From positions 96,001-160,000 of the forward strand of contig CAWCTR010000007.1 of assembly GCA_963798485.1 (NCBI GenBank): DNA of 64,000 nt, read 5' to 3'. This DNA comes from an uncultured delta proteobacterium (lineage in GTDB: Bacteria; Desulfobacterota; Desulfomonilia; UBA1062). A program made the position numbers and the translations under genes. The notes under the pieces were generated by a model that did no database searches, was not told the DNA's origin, and saw nothing but the letters and a program-made list of their open reading frames with translations. Positions 63,533 to 64,000 of this stretch are shown here, one piece after another (position 1 is the stretch's first letter; each line of letters starts with the position of its first letter).

Positions 63533-64000
63533 TTGAAGGATTTACTAGAAGAGCTGATAGCATTACAGGAAGTGGAGATTGAGATATTCAAGGCGGAAGA
63601 CGGTTTGCGGGAGCTTCCCAAGGAGGTCTCTGAGATCGAGAGCATTATAACAGCCAGGAAGAGGTCTCTGGATTCGGCAGATGAGGAGATTGCATCCTAT
63701 GAGGAGAGGAAGGCCCCCCTGGAGGTGGAGCTTAAAGAGAACCAGGCGTTGCTTGATGCAGCGGACGCCAGGATAAAGCGGATCAAGACCAATAAGGAAT
63801 ATCTTGCCATGCAGCGTGAGATCGACCTTGCCAAGAAGCGGAAGGCCGATCTCGAGGAGCAGGTCCTTACCATCATGGAAAAGATCGAAAAAAAGACCTC
63901 TGAGCGGGAGCGGATAAGGGTCTCGTTCGAGACCGACAAGGTGATCCTGGACGAGAAGAAGGGAAAGCTCAACACACAGATGAAGGAGCTTAAGGCCGTT
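63533..64000 (+). CDS. Coiled-coil protein, probably C4 zinc-ribbon (DUF164) family; 3'-truncated
   Basis: TTG start after AAGGAG; LIALQEVE...IKTNKEYLAMQREI; usual position after Nif3. Confidence 0.8.
   Translation, partial: MKDLLEELIALQEVEIEIFKAEDGLRELPKEVSEIESIITARKRSLDSADEEIASYEERKAPLEVELKENQALLDAADARIKRIKTNKEYLAMQREIDLAKKRKADLEEQVLTIMEKIEKKTSERERIRVSFETDKVILDEKKGKLNTQMKELKAV

Overview
Chromosomal DNA from a bacterium whose gene content and order suggest a deltaproteobacterium/Desulfobacterota (inference). From left to right: an acyl-CoA/beta-oxidation-type catabolic operon; an argB-argD(frameshifted)-argF-argG-argH-lipoprotein-lysA-dapA-dapB-FAH-folK-kinase run; slt-pgsA; glutaredoxin-FTR; an accessory region (~20.9-31.3 kb); a minus-strand parA-parB-dnaN-gyrB-gyrA block with a parS site and a candidate oriC but no dnaA or recF; suhB-tatD-yjbQ; tRNA-Gly; the rimP-nusA-infB-rbfA-truB-rpsO-pnp operon; truA-rfbB-rfbD; lepB-pyrR-pyrB-pyrC; an LhgO-like oxidoreductase; a GAPDH-like gene; tRNA-Ile2(CAT); Nif3; and a truncated coiled-coil gene. 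Three things stand out. (1) The 588-aa protein at 60768-62534 carries recognisable GAPDH motifs, but the two halves of the catalytic domain are in swapped order. (2) There is a decayed, integrase-less integron cassette array at ~28.1-30.9 kb (attC sites, a YefM-YoeB cassette, a broken cassette resembling an Mrr fusion, and a 2TM + pseudo-NlpC/P60 pair). (3) That array is bracketed by two inverted, diverged ~180-bp elements whose stems co-vary, and is punctuated by REP-like hairpin repeats. All family assignments come from motif recognition by eye; no database search was run.
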